Positions 1 through 8,739 of a stretch of DNA of 64,000 nt are shown piece by piece; the first letter of the stretch is position 1, and every line of letters starts with the position of its first letter. The stretch is from IMG/VR virus record IMGVR_UViG_3300046794_000311, positions 21,748-85,747 of that record. The stretch is one strand, 5' to 3'. The notes beneath the pieces were generated by a model, which saw only the letters and a list, made by a program, of their open reading frames with translations, was not told the origin of the DNA and made no database searches. Made by a program: the position numbers and the translations under genes. Origin of the DNA: a virus.

Positions 1-770
1 CCTCGTCTGGTCGCTGTTCGCCTATTGATCTGGATCTGGTTGTAAAACACGCCCTTCTCATAGGTGGGCGTGCCGGTAAACACCATGGTCGCATTCGTCG
101 AGGCACCCATCGGGCCGATCGACTTGTTCACCATCTTGGCGTCGGCGCCCTGACACTCATCAATGAGAATGAGGTGGTAGGTGCGGCCTTCAATGGTGGC
201 GCGCGGGTGACAGGTCTGCTTTCGGACGAGGGAGCCGGAGCGCTTGAGGGTAATGGAGCGGCCCTTGCCCTGGACGGTCTCGTCGATTTCCGGGTCCGCC
301 ATGATTTCCAGGGCGTGCTCACTGGTGAGGCGGGCCACGATACGGCCGTACAGGTTGTCGGCCTGCTCCTCCACGGGCGCGAAGGCACCTACCCACAGGC
401 CCTCCTTGAACTTGCCCAGGAGGTCGGGGAAGATCTTCGCCAGCCTCGGCAGCATGATCATGCAGGCGGCGACGCAGTTGGCCACGGTCTCGGACTTGCC
501 GGACTGGCGGGAGAACAGCGCGGTGATGGTGGCGCCGTCGTCGATGATCAGGGACTCGATCAGTCGGGCGGCGAAGGGGCGCTGATAGGGGCGCAGCGGG
601 TGGCCGGAGACTTCATCGACGATCACCAGCAACTTGGAGACCAGCTCGTCCACGAACTGCTGGCTGGTCTGGTCGAGTACTACCTCGGTGTCGAGCCGGG
701 CCTGATGCTCTGCCTCGGTCTCGTCGCTGGTTATGTCGTCGTGCTCGACGTCCTCCGTAACAACAGACAC
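1..770 (-). CDS. terL: Terminase large subunit, N-terminal ATPase part (runs off window start; not in ORF track)
   Basis: Manual translation from GTG at 770: LRPYQ adenine-binding motif, Walker A FSRQSGKSET, Walker B LILIDECQ, coupling motif FTGTP; no stop before position 1. Confidence 0.88.
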   Translation of the reverse strand, partial: MSVVTEDVEHDDITSDETEAEHQARLDTEVVLDQTSQQFVDELVSKLLVIVDEVSGHPLRPYQRPFAARLIESLIIDDGATITALFSRQSGKSETVANCVAACMIMLPRLAKIFPDLLGKFKEGLWVGAFAPVEEQADNLYGRIVARLTSEHALEIMADPEIDETVQGKGRSITLKRSGSLVRKQTCHPRATIEGRTYHLILIDECQGADAKMVNKSIGPMGASTNATMVFTGTPTYEKGVFYNQIQINRRTATRR

Positions 771-853
771 GCCTAACCCCAATCCGTTTCTATTACGGAT
801 TCGAGATTAGGCGTTTCTGGCTATGTGTTTGTAATTACGGCTTGACAAGCCGC

Positions 854-1123
854 TCAAGCAGCCTTACGGACATCCCTCTTCGCGACGATCTGCTGTGCGC
901 GCTGGCGGGTGAAACCGAACATCTCCCCCAGCCGGTCATAGGTGTAACGGCCCTTGTAGTAGACGGCCTCCACGAGGGCGTCACGGGCCTCGGTGGACAC
1001 AGCCGGAAAGTCTGCGAAGCACATGGCGTCACAGAAGATCGGGGCTTCCTTCTTGGCCATCTTCTTGCCCACTCCGAGCAGGCGCCAGCAGCCCCGGCAA
1101 CGAACCTCTACCAGGTCGGTCAT
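854..1123 (-). CDS. Zn-ribbon (Mu Com-like) plus C-terminal HTH putative regulator
   Basis: EVRCRGCWRLLG...FCDAMC; YTYDRLGEMFGFTRQRAQQIV resembles a sigma region 4-type HTH. Confidence 0.6.
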   Translation of the reverse strand: MTDLVEVRCRGCWRLLGVGKKMAKKEAPIFCDAMCFADFPAVSTEARDALVEAVYYKGRYTYDRLGEMFGFTRQRAQQIVAKRDVRKAA

Positions 1124-1404
1124 CAGCCTGCCTCTCCCTTCAGGCGGTCCTCGGTCTCGTTCTCCTCGCCGAAGTCACCTCCGCCGTTCTCATGCCAGGC
1201 GCTCTCGAAGCCCTTCAGGACGTCGTTCAGCATGCCGAGAGGGAAGGTGAGGCCCCGGCCGTAGAACTCCTTGCTCGGGATGAACTCTCGGGCATCCACG
1301 AACAGGCCGTCCTGGGGACTCTGGACCGTGGAGACGTGGATCTCCTTGTCGTACACGTAAGGGATACGCGCGTGTACCGTGCGTCCTTCTGCCAGCTCGT
1401 CCAT
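1123..1404 (-). CDS. PC4/YdbC-like ssDNA-binding protein
   Basis: AGGAGG RBS before ATG at 1404; FVDAREF...GRGLTFP resembles the PC4 signature; acidic tail. Confidence 0.5.
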   Translation of the reverse strand: MDELAEGRTVHARIPYVYDKEIHVSTVQSPQDGLFVDAREFIPSKEFYGRGLTFPLGMLNDVLKGFESAWHENGGGDFGEENETEDRLKGEAG

Positions 1405-1515
1405 GCCAACCTCCTGAGACGCTTCCTGATCTACGAGGCTACACCTACGCAAGCGGTCTCGACAACCCGCTTGACGAGCGCGTAGAGTGGAGATCCACGA
1501 GAGAAGGAGCCACCC

Positions 1516-1734
1516 ATGGGCATGTACCCGATGCGAGACCCGGAGAAGTGCCCGAAGTGCGGGCGGAGCCTCGACGAAGAGCCGAAGCCTGAGCGCCCCT
1601 CTGTGCCTGGATTTCCCGAAGGAGTAGCCTACGGACAAGATCCGGTCTGTGGGGGGCGCTGGAGCGTATGGGACAAGACCTCTCCGCTGCGGAGCAAAGC
1701 ACAGCCGTATGTGGATGGAGGCCCTGATGCCTGA
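1516..1734 (+). CDS. Small Cys-containing hypothetical protein
   Basis: AAGGAG RBS; CPKC...C motif. Confidence 0.6.
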   Translation: MGMYPMRDPEKCPKCGRSLDEEPKPERPSVPGFPEGVAYGQDPVCGGRWSVWDKTSPLRSKAQPYVDGGPDA

Positions 1735-1993
1735 CGACTTTCTCTTCACCAGCGCGATACACCAGACTGCCAACGCGCTCAACCCGCCCGAGGGTTACGA
1801 CCCTACGGCGGACGCCATGGCTCACCAGTTGGCGCGCGAGCAGCACGACTTCTACACCAGCCAGCAGGCGATGCAGTCCACCCCGCCCGGAGGGCACGAC
1901 TTCTCCCTCCAGGGGATCAAGGAGTTCGCCTACGGCGTCGGCGCCCTGCTCGCGCTCGGACTGTTCCTGAAGTACGTCGTCGGAGTCGGCTGA
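1727..1993 (+). CDS. Hypothetical protein with C-terminal TM helix
   Basis: GGAGG RBS, overlaps the upstream stop, hydrophobic C-terminus. Confidence 0.6.
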   Translation: MPDDFLFTSAIHQTANALNPPEGYDPTADAMAHQLAREQHDFYTSQQAMQSTPPGGHDFSLQGIKEFAYGVGALLALGLFLKYVVGVG

Positions 1994-2003
1994 CCTTCTC
2001 AGC

Positions 2004-2044
2004 ACGAAGCCCCCACCGGATATCTCTGCCGGTGGGGGCTTCGT
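2004..2044. terminator. Bidirectional hairpin terminator between convergent genes
   Basis: ACGAAGCCCCCACCGG...CCGGTGGGGGCTTCGT 16-bp stem. Confidence 0.75.
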
Positions 2045-2048
2045 CGTG

Positions 2049-3122
2049 TCATCGTGCCCGGCGGAGCTGCACGACGTTCTGCTGGGAGACCATGCCCGTC
2101 AGGAACGGCTTGCCCTTCATCGTCTCGTCCCGGCGCCGCTTCTCACTCGACAGCCCCAGGTACCGCTCCGTGGTCGTCATGGACGAGTGGTGCAGCAGCG
2201 CGGAGACCGTACGCAGCGCCGCGTCGTAGCCGACGTCCTCGGCGAGCTGGTCGAAGTAGGCACGGGCCACCGCCCGGCGCACCGTGTGCGTGCCCTCGTA
2301 GCGGGTCGGCAGGCCCAGCTTGGCCAGGGCGCCCTTGACGATCTTCTCCGTACGCTCCACCGGCCGGTCGGCGTGGTAGACGAACGGGGTCCGCTCATAC
2401 ACCCGGCGACCCAGCGCCTCGTCGAAGTAGTGCGTCTTGATCTGGTTGCCGGACCGGGCCGGGAAGAGGTAGTCGTCCGGCCGCAGCGGGCGCCCGAGCA
2501 GAGCCGCGTACTCCTCGAACCAGATCCGCAGCTCCCGCTCCAGGTCGGCAGTCAGTGGCATCTCGTCCTCCTCCTTGGTCTTGATCACGGTCACGAAGAC
2601 CTCGGAGGCCGCGAAGTCGACGTCGCCGACGCGCAGGTTCACCAGCTCGCTCGCGCGGCACGCGGTGTTCACGGCCGTCGCGAGGTAGGCGCGGTGCATG
2701 GCGCACTCGGACTGGTCCAGGAGCTGGAGGAGGATGCCCGGCGCGGGCTGCATGCGCTGCTTGCGCACCTCGGGCAGTGGGTCGACCAGGCACAGGTAGT
2801 CGTTGCGCGGAGCGAGCCCCCGGGCGTGGGAGTAGCCGAAGAACAGGCTCAGCCGCTTGCGGTAGTGGTTGTGCGTGCTCGGCCCCACGGCCGCCCGGAG
2901 CTGCTGGCCCTTGATGCGGGTGACGTGGATGTCCATCAGCCCGCCGTCGCCGTAGAAGAAGTCACGGACCTGCTCAGGGGTGAGGGCCGCGAAGTCGGGG
3001 TTGCCGACGTGCTCGGCGAAGCGGGGCAGCAGGTTGTCGTCGGCGCGCATCGTGTTGTCGGCCTTGGCGGCTCGCCGGTTGCCCAGGTACTCGTCGATGG
3101 CGCTGCGCAGTGCGATGGTCAC
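2049..3122 (-). CDS. Tyrosine recombinase/integrase
   Basis: Catalytic R (ACRASE), HxxR (GTHTVRR), LLHH, Y (TTERYLG); AGGAGG RBS before GTG at 3122. Confidence 0.9.
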   Translation of the reverse strand: MTIALRSAIDEYLGNRRAAKADNTMRADDNLLPRFAEHVGNPDFAALTPEQVRDFFYGDGGLMDIHVTRIKGQQLRAAVGPSTHNHYRKRLSLFFGYSHARGLAPRNDYLCLVDPLPEVRKQRMQPAPGILLQLLDQSECAMHRAYLATAVNTACRASELVNLRVGDVDFAASEVFVTVIKTKEEDEMPLTADLERELRIWFEEYAALLGRPLRPDDYLFPARSGNQIKTHYFDEALGRRVYERTPFVYHADRPVERTEKIVKGALAKLGLPTRYEGTHTVRRAVARAYFDQLAEDVGYDAALRTVSALLHHSSMTTTERYLGLSSEKRRRDETMKGKPFLTGMVSQQNVVQLRRAR

Positions 3123-3242
3123 GCTTCCTCCTGTTGCGGGGTGAGCTGCGACCCTCAGCGTAAAGACGTCAAGCCTTCTCGTCAATGCGCTGGACAACAG
3201 GTTATGTAGACGTAATCCTGAAGGCGTAGTACGGTTCCCGTC

Positions 3243-3401
3243 ATGATGACGAACACGCTCACCGGGCTTAATACCTCGGGCTCCGACGAGCCCCAGGTCA
3301 CCGTGACCCTCACCAACAACCGGATGGAAGACAGCCGCTGGAACCGGCTCCTCACCATCCTGTTCACCCCGCAGGACGAAGACACACCCGCAGCGACCTA
3401 G
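3243..3401 (+). CDS. 52-aa small protein upstream of the serine recombinase (not in ORF track)
   Basis: ATG 3243 to TAG 3401, MMTNTLTGLNTSGSDEPQ...; carries the CTTAATACC motif in frame as L-N-T like other genes. Confidence 0.5.
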   Translation: MMTNTLTGLNTSGSDEPQVTVTLTNNRMEDSRWNRLLTILFTPQDEDTPAAT

Positions 3402-3525
3402 CACAACTACCCCACACAGGCGGGCCGTTCCTCATATACTGCGCTGATCAACAAGACGGGCCTGCCCATCGCGAGTCTAGGCGCGAGGGACAGGCCCTTG
3501 ATCAGTCTGTAAAGGAGACTGAACC

Positions 3526-5619
3526 ATGGCCAGCATAGCGGCCGAGCGCGCCCGCGAACGCGCCCTGAAGGTAAATGGCACCCGCCCCGGCACCCCCGGC
3601 ACCCCCGGCACCTTCAAGTCCTGTACCGCCCTCGCACGCATCGTCAAGCGCGTCGGCGCGTACCTCCGCGTCTCCACCAAGGACCAGATCGTCGGCTACG
3701 GCCTCGACGTCCAGCTCAAGGGCATCCAGGACAACATCGACGTCAAGAACACGATGGAGGCGCGCAACGGCACCAACATCGTCTGGGAACTCTCCGACGT
3801 CTACGAGGACGCAGGCGAGTCCGGCGCCAAGCAGGACCGCCCCGAGATGATGCGCCTGGAGCGCGACGTACTCGCCAAGAAGATCGACGTCGTCGCCGTC
3901 CACAAGTTCGACCGCATCGGTCGCACCGGCCGCGCCTTCTGGCACTGGGTCTGGGCCCTCGAAGACGCCGGTACCTCGATCATGTCCGTCACCCAGGAGA
4001 TCGACACCACCACGACCCACGGCGTCACCGCACTCCAGCAGCTCGCGTCCTTCTCCGAAATGGAATGGCGCACCATCCTGGAGCGCACCCAGAACGGCCT
4101 CAACATGAAGGCCGCAGCCGGAGGCTGGACCGGCGGTCCCCCGCCCTTCGGCTACTGCATCGAGAACCAGGGCAAGCGCGACTCCAAGCTGGCTCTGCAC
4201 GCCGAGGAGTGCCGCACCCTCGACATCGCCGCCCAGATGATCGTCGAAGGCGGATACACCGTCGACCGCGCCGCGCACATGCTCAACCTCATCGGCCGCC
4301 TCACCCGCAAGGGCGTGGAGTGGACCGGATCCAACCTGCGGCACAAGTTCTTCAACACCGCCCTGGACGGTTTCGTCGTCTACCGAAACACCGACGAGGT
4401 AGTCAACAAGCGCCGCAAGCGCGCCACCAAGATGAACCCCGACGGCACCCCCAAGCACGGCCCGATGATGATCATCGACACCCCGATGGTCTTCGAGATC
4501 GACCGGCTCATGTCCATCCGCCACGCCCTCAAGCGAAACGGCTGGAACCTCACCGGCCCGTACAAGTACCACCCGCTCAGCACCCGCGTGATCGGTGAAT
4601 GCGGCGCCCACTACACCGGGGTCTGGGTAAAGGCAGAAGACCGCCGTACCTACCGATGCACCGGAAACAAATGCGGGGACTCGGTGATCGACGCCGTGGC
4701 GCTCGAAGAGGTCGTATGGGACAGCCTGAAGAACTTCCTCGGCGACAAGGAGAAGCTGCGCGAGATCGCCAAGGACTGGGTCACCACCGCGCCGGATCAC
4801 CGCAAGATGTACGAGGCGCGTATTGAAGAACTCACCCGGGAGATCTCGGGCCTGCGTGAGCTGACCACCACCACGCTGGTGAACCTCGCGAAGGCGGGCG
4901 TCGATGCGCTGGCCATCAATTCAGCAGTGGCGAAGCTGAACGAGGAGATCAACAACAAGCAGGCGATGCTGGACGACGCCGTGTCAATGCTGTCGGAGGC
5001 AGAAGAGGCCGCTACTCGGGCCGAGGATTTCCAGCGTCTGGTGGAGATCGCCAGCTTCAACCTGGAGCACATCACCGACCGGCAGAAGGCCGAAGTGATG
5101 GACCTGCTGGAGATTCAGGTGTCGCTCATGGGGCCGGTTCCGCTGGACGGCCGTTTCGGGCCGGACTCCGACATTGAGCAGTGGTTCGGGAAGCGCGGCG
5201 TTCAGCCGGTCGAGATGACCGATGCGCTGTGGGAGGAGGTCCGTCCTCGGATCAGCTTCCGGGTCACGAAGAAGAGCCACGATCTGCGGTCGCTGGTGGA
5301 GGGTCTGCTCTACAAGGCCCGCACGGGTTGCCCGTGGTCTGAGATGCCGGAGCACTTCCCGCCGAAGGAGGCGCTGAGGGCCCGCTGGAGGGCCTGGAAG
5401 GACGGGGCGTGGGAGAGCATCGTCGAGCCCCTTCTGGAGCCCGCTCCGCCGCGTAAGCCGCCTCTGCCGCCCATGAAGGTGACGGGGAACATCGACCCCC
5501 GTCTGGTCGAGTTCACGAACGGGCAGGCGACGAGCCAGGTTCCGCACTCTGGTGGACGAGCGTCCAGGGGTTCGTTCACGTACGTCATCAACCTGGAAAA
5601 ATGGCGATTGGCCGCCTGA
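3526..5619 (+). CDS. Large serine recombinase with C-terminal IS5-transposase N-terminal-like (DUF4096-type) domain
   Basis: YLRVST catalytic Ser, DRPE, KFDRIGR, GGPPPFGY, Zn ribbon (ECG...YRC...C), coiled coil; C-terminal MTDALW...LLYKARTGCPWSEMP...WRAWKDGAW. Confidence 0.9.
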   Translation: MASIAAERARERALKVNGTRPGTPGTPGTFKSCTALARIVKRVGAYLRVSTKDQIVGYGLDVQLKGIQDNIDVKNTMEARNGTNIVWELSDVYEDAGESGAKQDRPEMMRLERDVLAKKIDVVAVHKFDRIGRTGRAFWHWVWALEDAGTSIMSVTQEIDTTTTHGVTALQQLASFSEMEWRTILERTQNGLNMKAAAGGWTGGPPPFGYCIENQGKRDSKLALHAEECRTLDIAAQMIVEGGYTVDRAAHMLNLIGRLTRKGVEWTGSNLRHKFFNTALDGFVVYRNTDEVVNKRRKRATKMNPDGTPKHGPMMIIDTPMVFEIDRLMSIRHALKRNGWNLTGPYKYHPLSTRVIGECGAHYTGVWVKAEDRRTYRCTGNKCGDSVIDAVALEEVVWDSLKNFLGDKEKLREIAKDWVTTAPDHRKMYEARIEELTREISGLRELTTTTLVNLAKAGVDALAINSAVAKLNEEINNKQAMLDDAVSMLSEAEEAATRAEDFQRLVEIASFNLEHITDRQKAEVMDLLEIQVSLMGPVPLDGRFGPDSDIEQWFGKRGVQPVEMTDALWEEVRPRISFRVTKKSHDLRSLVEGLLYKARTGCPWSEMPEHFPPKEALRARWRAWKDGAWESIVEPLLEPAPPRKPPLPPMKVTGNIDPRLVEFTNGQATSQVPHSGGRASRGSFTYVINLEKWRLAA

Positions 5620-5633
5620 CCTGCGAAAACAAC

Positions 5634-5668
5634 GAAGGCCCCGACCCGATCAAGGGTTGGGGCCTTTC
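5634..5668. terminator. Hairpin terminator between convergent genes
   Basis: GAAGGCCCCGACCC...GGGTTGGGGCCTTTC. Confidence 0.7.
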
Positions 5669-5929
5669 TCATGCCTCCCGTCGGGAGAGCACATCCAGGA
5701 CTCCGAGCAGGCTCTGGGCTCCTCGGTGGGCCTCCAGCAGACTCTCCGGCGTGGCCTGCTTGCGGTAGTCGTCGAGCGTCTTCGCCAGGCCCGAGCCGAC
5801 ACTGTCCGCCCAGTCGAGTACGTCCCCCGTGGGCAGTCGGTCGAGTCGCTTGGCGACCTTCGCGCGGACCGGGTCCACCTTCTCCTCGCCGCCCCGAAGG
5901 GCGCGCTTCACATCAGCCCAAGTGCGCAC
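5669..5929 (-). CDS. Hypothetical protein
   Basis: Plausible helical 86-aa ORF in a minus-strand operon. Confidence 0.55.
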   Translation of the reverse strand: MRTWADVKRALRGGEEKVDPVRAKVAKRLDRLPTGDVLDWADSVGSGLAKTLDDYRKQATPESLLEAHRGAQSLLGVLDVLSRREA

Positions 5930-6010
5930 AGGACCTCGAACTCCTCTTCCGTGTCGTCAGCCTTCTGGGATACGACCCGGCGGGCCGCTGCCTTCTCGTC
6001 GTCGGTGTTC

Positions 6011-6316
6011 TCAGGTGAGGAGGGCATCGTCGTCCTCCCTGTCGAATCTGTGGGCGTGGTCGCGGATGTCGTCGGTCGACAGCGCGTTTCCGTATCCCTG
6101 GATTGCGGTGTAGAGGGCGTCGCTTTCCGAGCGCCAGGTGTGGCGCCAGCGGCCGAGGACGATTCCCTTTCCCGGCCATACCTTGATGACGAGGGAATTG
6201 GAACGCCGGTAGGGCGGCTCTATCTCGTCGGTGGGCGCGGTATGAAGAAGCGGCGTATGGGGGCGCAGGTTCACCGCGTGAACGAAGAAGGGCCCCACCC
6301 CATGTGTATTCGGCAT
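6011..6316 (-). CDS. Hypothetical protein
   Basis: 101-aa ORF, operon context. Confidence 0.55.
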   Translation of the reverse strand: MPNTHGVGPFFVHAVNLRPHTPLLHTAPTDEIEPPYRRSNSLVIKVWPGKGIVLGRWRHTWRSESDALYTAIQGYGNALSTDDIRDHAHRFDREDDDALLT

Positions 6317-6355
6317 GGGATGGAGCCTATTCTCCGGGCGGCCGGAAATGGTAAA

Positions 6356-6805
6356 TCAGTAGTCGCCCGTGGGTTCGTCGAGATCGTGCTCCGGCGCGTA
6401 GGAGTAGTTGTTCAGAGTCCGGTTGATTGCGCGGCCGGGGCTCTTCACCCGCTTGAAGTTCCGCCAGACATTCGGCGGGACGTTGTAGTAGCCGTAGACC
6501 TGACCATTCCGGAATCGGACCCGTAGCGTCTGAGAATCCTTGTCGTAACCAGCGGCAAGAGTTCTCGGGCGCGGCGGATTGATAGAGGGGGTCGGCTGGT
6601 ATGGGAGGAGATCTCCGTCGTCGCCGTCCTTGGCCAATTGGATGGCGTCGGCGAGTTCCTGCGACATTACCCGGCGGGATCCTGGCCGGGGTCCTGGGTT
6701 GGGGGTTGTGCGGGGCGGCTCGGGCGTGGTCGGCATCGAGAACAGGCTGAGCTGTTCGAAGTCGTTGCCTCGCTTGTTGGGGCCGCGTGGGCCTCTGCGT
6801 GCCAC
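6356..6805 (-). CDS. KTSC domain protein
   Basis: AAGYDKDSQTLRVRFRNGQVYGYYNVPPNVW...SPGR matches the KTSC pattern. Confidence 0.8.
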   Translation of the reverse strand: MARRGPRGPNKRGNDFEQLSLFSMPTTPEPPRTTPNPGPRPGSRRVMSQELADAIQLAKDGDDGDLLPYQPTPSINPPRPRTLAAGYDKDSQTLRVRFRNGQVYGYYNVPPNVWRNFKRVKSPGRAINRTLNNYSYAPEHDLDEPTGDY

Positions 6806-6870
6806 TGTGTCTCCTTACGCAGCAGCCCCTGCCCCGGTGACGGGAAGCAGGGGCTTTGGGGCTGCTTGGA

Positions 6871-7278
6871 TCAGGCCGGGACGTTGTCGACCGTGGAGGC
6901 GATGGCCGGGCCGGTGGCGCCGGGAGCGGTCGCCGTGCCTGCGTTGCGGGTGCCTGCGTAGACGCCCGTGCCGGTGAGTCGGTCGTCGGCCTCCGGGCCG
7001 CCGGGGTGCTTCGCGGCCTCCTCGGGGGTGAGGACGACGAGACCGGCGTTGTGGGTGGCCGGGTCGACACCGATGGCGCGCTGGGCGGCCGGGTCGGGCA
7101 ACTGGGCCTGGACGAAGACCTGGCCGGGGATGGCGTCGGTGTTCTCGTACTTGGTGCCGTGCTGGACGGTCCAGCCGAGGTTGGGGTGGTCCCAGTCCGA
7201 GGAGCGCCCGGGGACTACCTCGGGGATCGCGGCCGGGGTCTCGCCGACGGGCTCGGTGTTCTTGGAAGCAGCAGCCAC
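6871..7278 (-). CDS. Hypothetical protein
   Basis: GAGGA RBS, 135-aa ORF followed by a hairpin. Confidence 0.6.
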   Translation of the reverse strand: MAAASKNTEPVGETPAAIPEVVPGRSSDWDHPNLGWTVQHGTKYENTDAIPGQVFVQAQLPDPAAQRAIGVDPATHNAGLVVLTPEEAAKHPGGPEADDRLTGTGVYAGTRNAGTATAPGATGPAIASTVDNVPA

Positions 7279-7440
7279 TGTGGATTCCTCTTTCGGTGCT
7301 TACCGGGTTTGCTGGACGGTCCAGCCCGGTTCCTGCACCGGACCCTCTTCGTCCTCTTCACGATTATGAGGGCAGTCAGGCCCTGAATAGACATGTTGGC
7401 CGTCTACGAATACGCAGCGGGATGTGTACATGTGGGTCTC

Positions 7441-7629
7441 CTACAGGGAACTGCCTGCCTCGGTATTCGAGCCTAGCGGCATTCCGGCCGGAGTTTCCCA
7501 TGGCTGCATTCCGGCGAACTGATCGGCGGATAGGAGTTGCTGCCGAAGGGGTGCCCCGCCGACGGTGAAGGTGTATCCGCCTGCGTAGGCGTCGCCGGTT
7601 GCGGGGATGGGTTCAGGCACCTTGGGCAT
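7441..7629 (-). CDS. Hypothetical protein
   Basis: GGAGGAG RBS; 62 aa. Confidence 0.5.
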   Translation of the reverse strand: MPKVPEPIPATGDAYAGGYTFTVGGAPLRQQLLSADQFAGMQPWETPAGMPLGSNTEAGSSL

Positions 7630-7816
7630 GGCTCTCCTCCCGGGCCTGGGCGAAGCCGGTGCGCAGCCGTACGAGGCGCACTCTGGTGATGCGCAGTCGG
7701 CTCATGTGCTCGGGGGTTGATCCGACGGCCTTGGACACTTCGTCGATGCAGCGGTCCACGAGGTCTTCGAGGTCGGAGATGTCGTCTCGTCGTGTCTGGC
7801 GCAGCAGGGGCATCAC
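7613..7816 (-). CDS. Hypothetical protein
   Basis: GGAGG RBS; coupled to neighbours. Confidence 0.5.
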   Translation of the reverse strand: MMPLLRQTRRDDISDLEDLVDRCIDEVSKAVGSTPEHMSRLRITRVRLVRLRTGFAQAREESHAQGA

Positions 7817-8154
7817 GGCCTCCTCCGGCGGGGCCGGGGGCCTCCGTCGCTCTGGAACAGATCCAATACGTCTTCCAGGACGTCGGTGACGGTGGCCTGG
7901 GTGGCGACACTGTCCCGGGTGGCCTGGACGAGGTCCTTGGCGGCGGAGACCATCTGCTCGGCGAGGGGTACGACCTTCTCGGTCAGGGCGCGGAGGCGCT
8001 TGTTCTCTTCGACCTCGCGCCGGTATGCCTTGCCTGAGACGACGATTTCGGTGACGAACACGGCGAAGATAAAGGCCGCGATCGGGCCGAGGACCAAGGG
8101 GTTGTCGACGGACAGTCCGCCCCCTCCTGATCCCGAAGCGAGAAAAAGAAACAT
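7813..8154 (-). CDS. Membrane protein with coiled coil (holin-like architecture); true start uncertain
   Basis: One TM segment (LVLGPIAAFIFAVFV) then a coiled coil. Confidence 0.5.
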   Translation of the reverse strand: MFLFLASGSGGGGLSVDNPLVLGPIAAFIFAVFVTEIVVSGKAYRREVEENKRLRALTEKVVPLAEQMVSAAKDLVQATRDSVATQATVTDVLEDVLDLFQSDGGPRPRRRRP

Positions 8155-8214
8155 CCCGGGTACCGTCCGTCGCTTTGGGGGTTGCGACTTTTAATGGTAC
8201 CCGGGATGTTTCTT
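8146..8214. repeat. 19-bp perfect inverted repeat (hairpin/terminator)
   Basis: AAGAAACATCCCGGGTACC (8146-8164) / GGTACCCGGGATGTTTCTT (8196-8214). Confidence 0.8.
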
Positions 8215-8226
8215 GGCCTATTAGGT

Positions 8227-8514
8227 CTAGAGATTAAGTCCCTTCTTCTGGAGTCGGTTCTTCAGCTTCGTGTAGGCGACGCTAACTGGCGTGAGTCCGC
8301 AGATCTCGGGAGTTTGCTTCTCTTTGTCTTCATCGGTCCAGTCCTTCTTCGGCTTGTCGAGGGGCGGTGGGGTCCACTTGAGGTGGTTGCCTCCGGTGAC
8401 CTCGATCTCCCAGCCCTGCTTGCGGGCCTTCTTGGCCAGCGCCTCGGTCTCCTTGTTGGTGCCGAGTTTCCCGCGTGTGCCGCTACCGGCAACTGCCTTG
8501 CCCTTGGGGGGCAT
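8227..8514 (-). CDS. HicA-like small basic protein
   Basis: ALAKKARKQGWEIEVTGGNHLKWTPP resembles the HicA GSH motif region; AGGAGG RBS. Confidence 0.55.
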   Translation of the reverse strand: MPPKGKAVAGSGTRGKLGTNKETEALAKKARKQGWEIEVTGGNHLKWTPPPLDKPKKDWTDEDKEKQTPEICGLTPVSVAYTKLKNRLQKKGLNL

Positions 8515-8739
8515 TGGGTCCTCCTAGGTCGTGTAGTACTTGCTGACGTAGTAACTGTATTGGCGTCAGTTACGGCTTCGCAAGCCGAATCACCAAACCG
8601 CTTGACGTGGCCTAGGTCACATACCGCCGAGTAAGCCTTGACTCACCGAGCGTCTAAGCCTCTGTCATATGCACGCATCTCTCGGGGCAGCACAAAGCCC
8701 CGCCTGCCAGTGTGGCAAACGGGGCTCGGTGTGACCAGG

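Noticed and set aside
3123-3525. attP or prophage boundary next to the recombinases
   Set aside because: Phage-like genes continue on both sides, and no duplicated core or host gene is visible; it cannot be assigned from this window.
3578-3612. 9-bp tandem repeats (PGT)n at the start of the serine recombinase; PAPA repeats at 50795-50875
   Set aside because: Short in-frame low-complexity linkers; no evidence of a separate function.
5215-5430. Independent IS5 element inside the recombinase
   Set aside because: No DDE catalytic domain, terminal inverted repeats or frame break; treated as an in-frame domain fusion.
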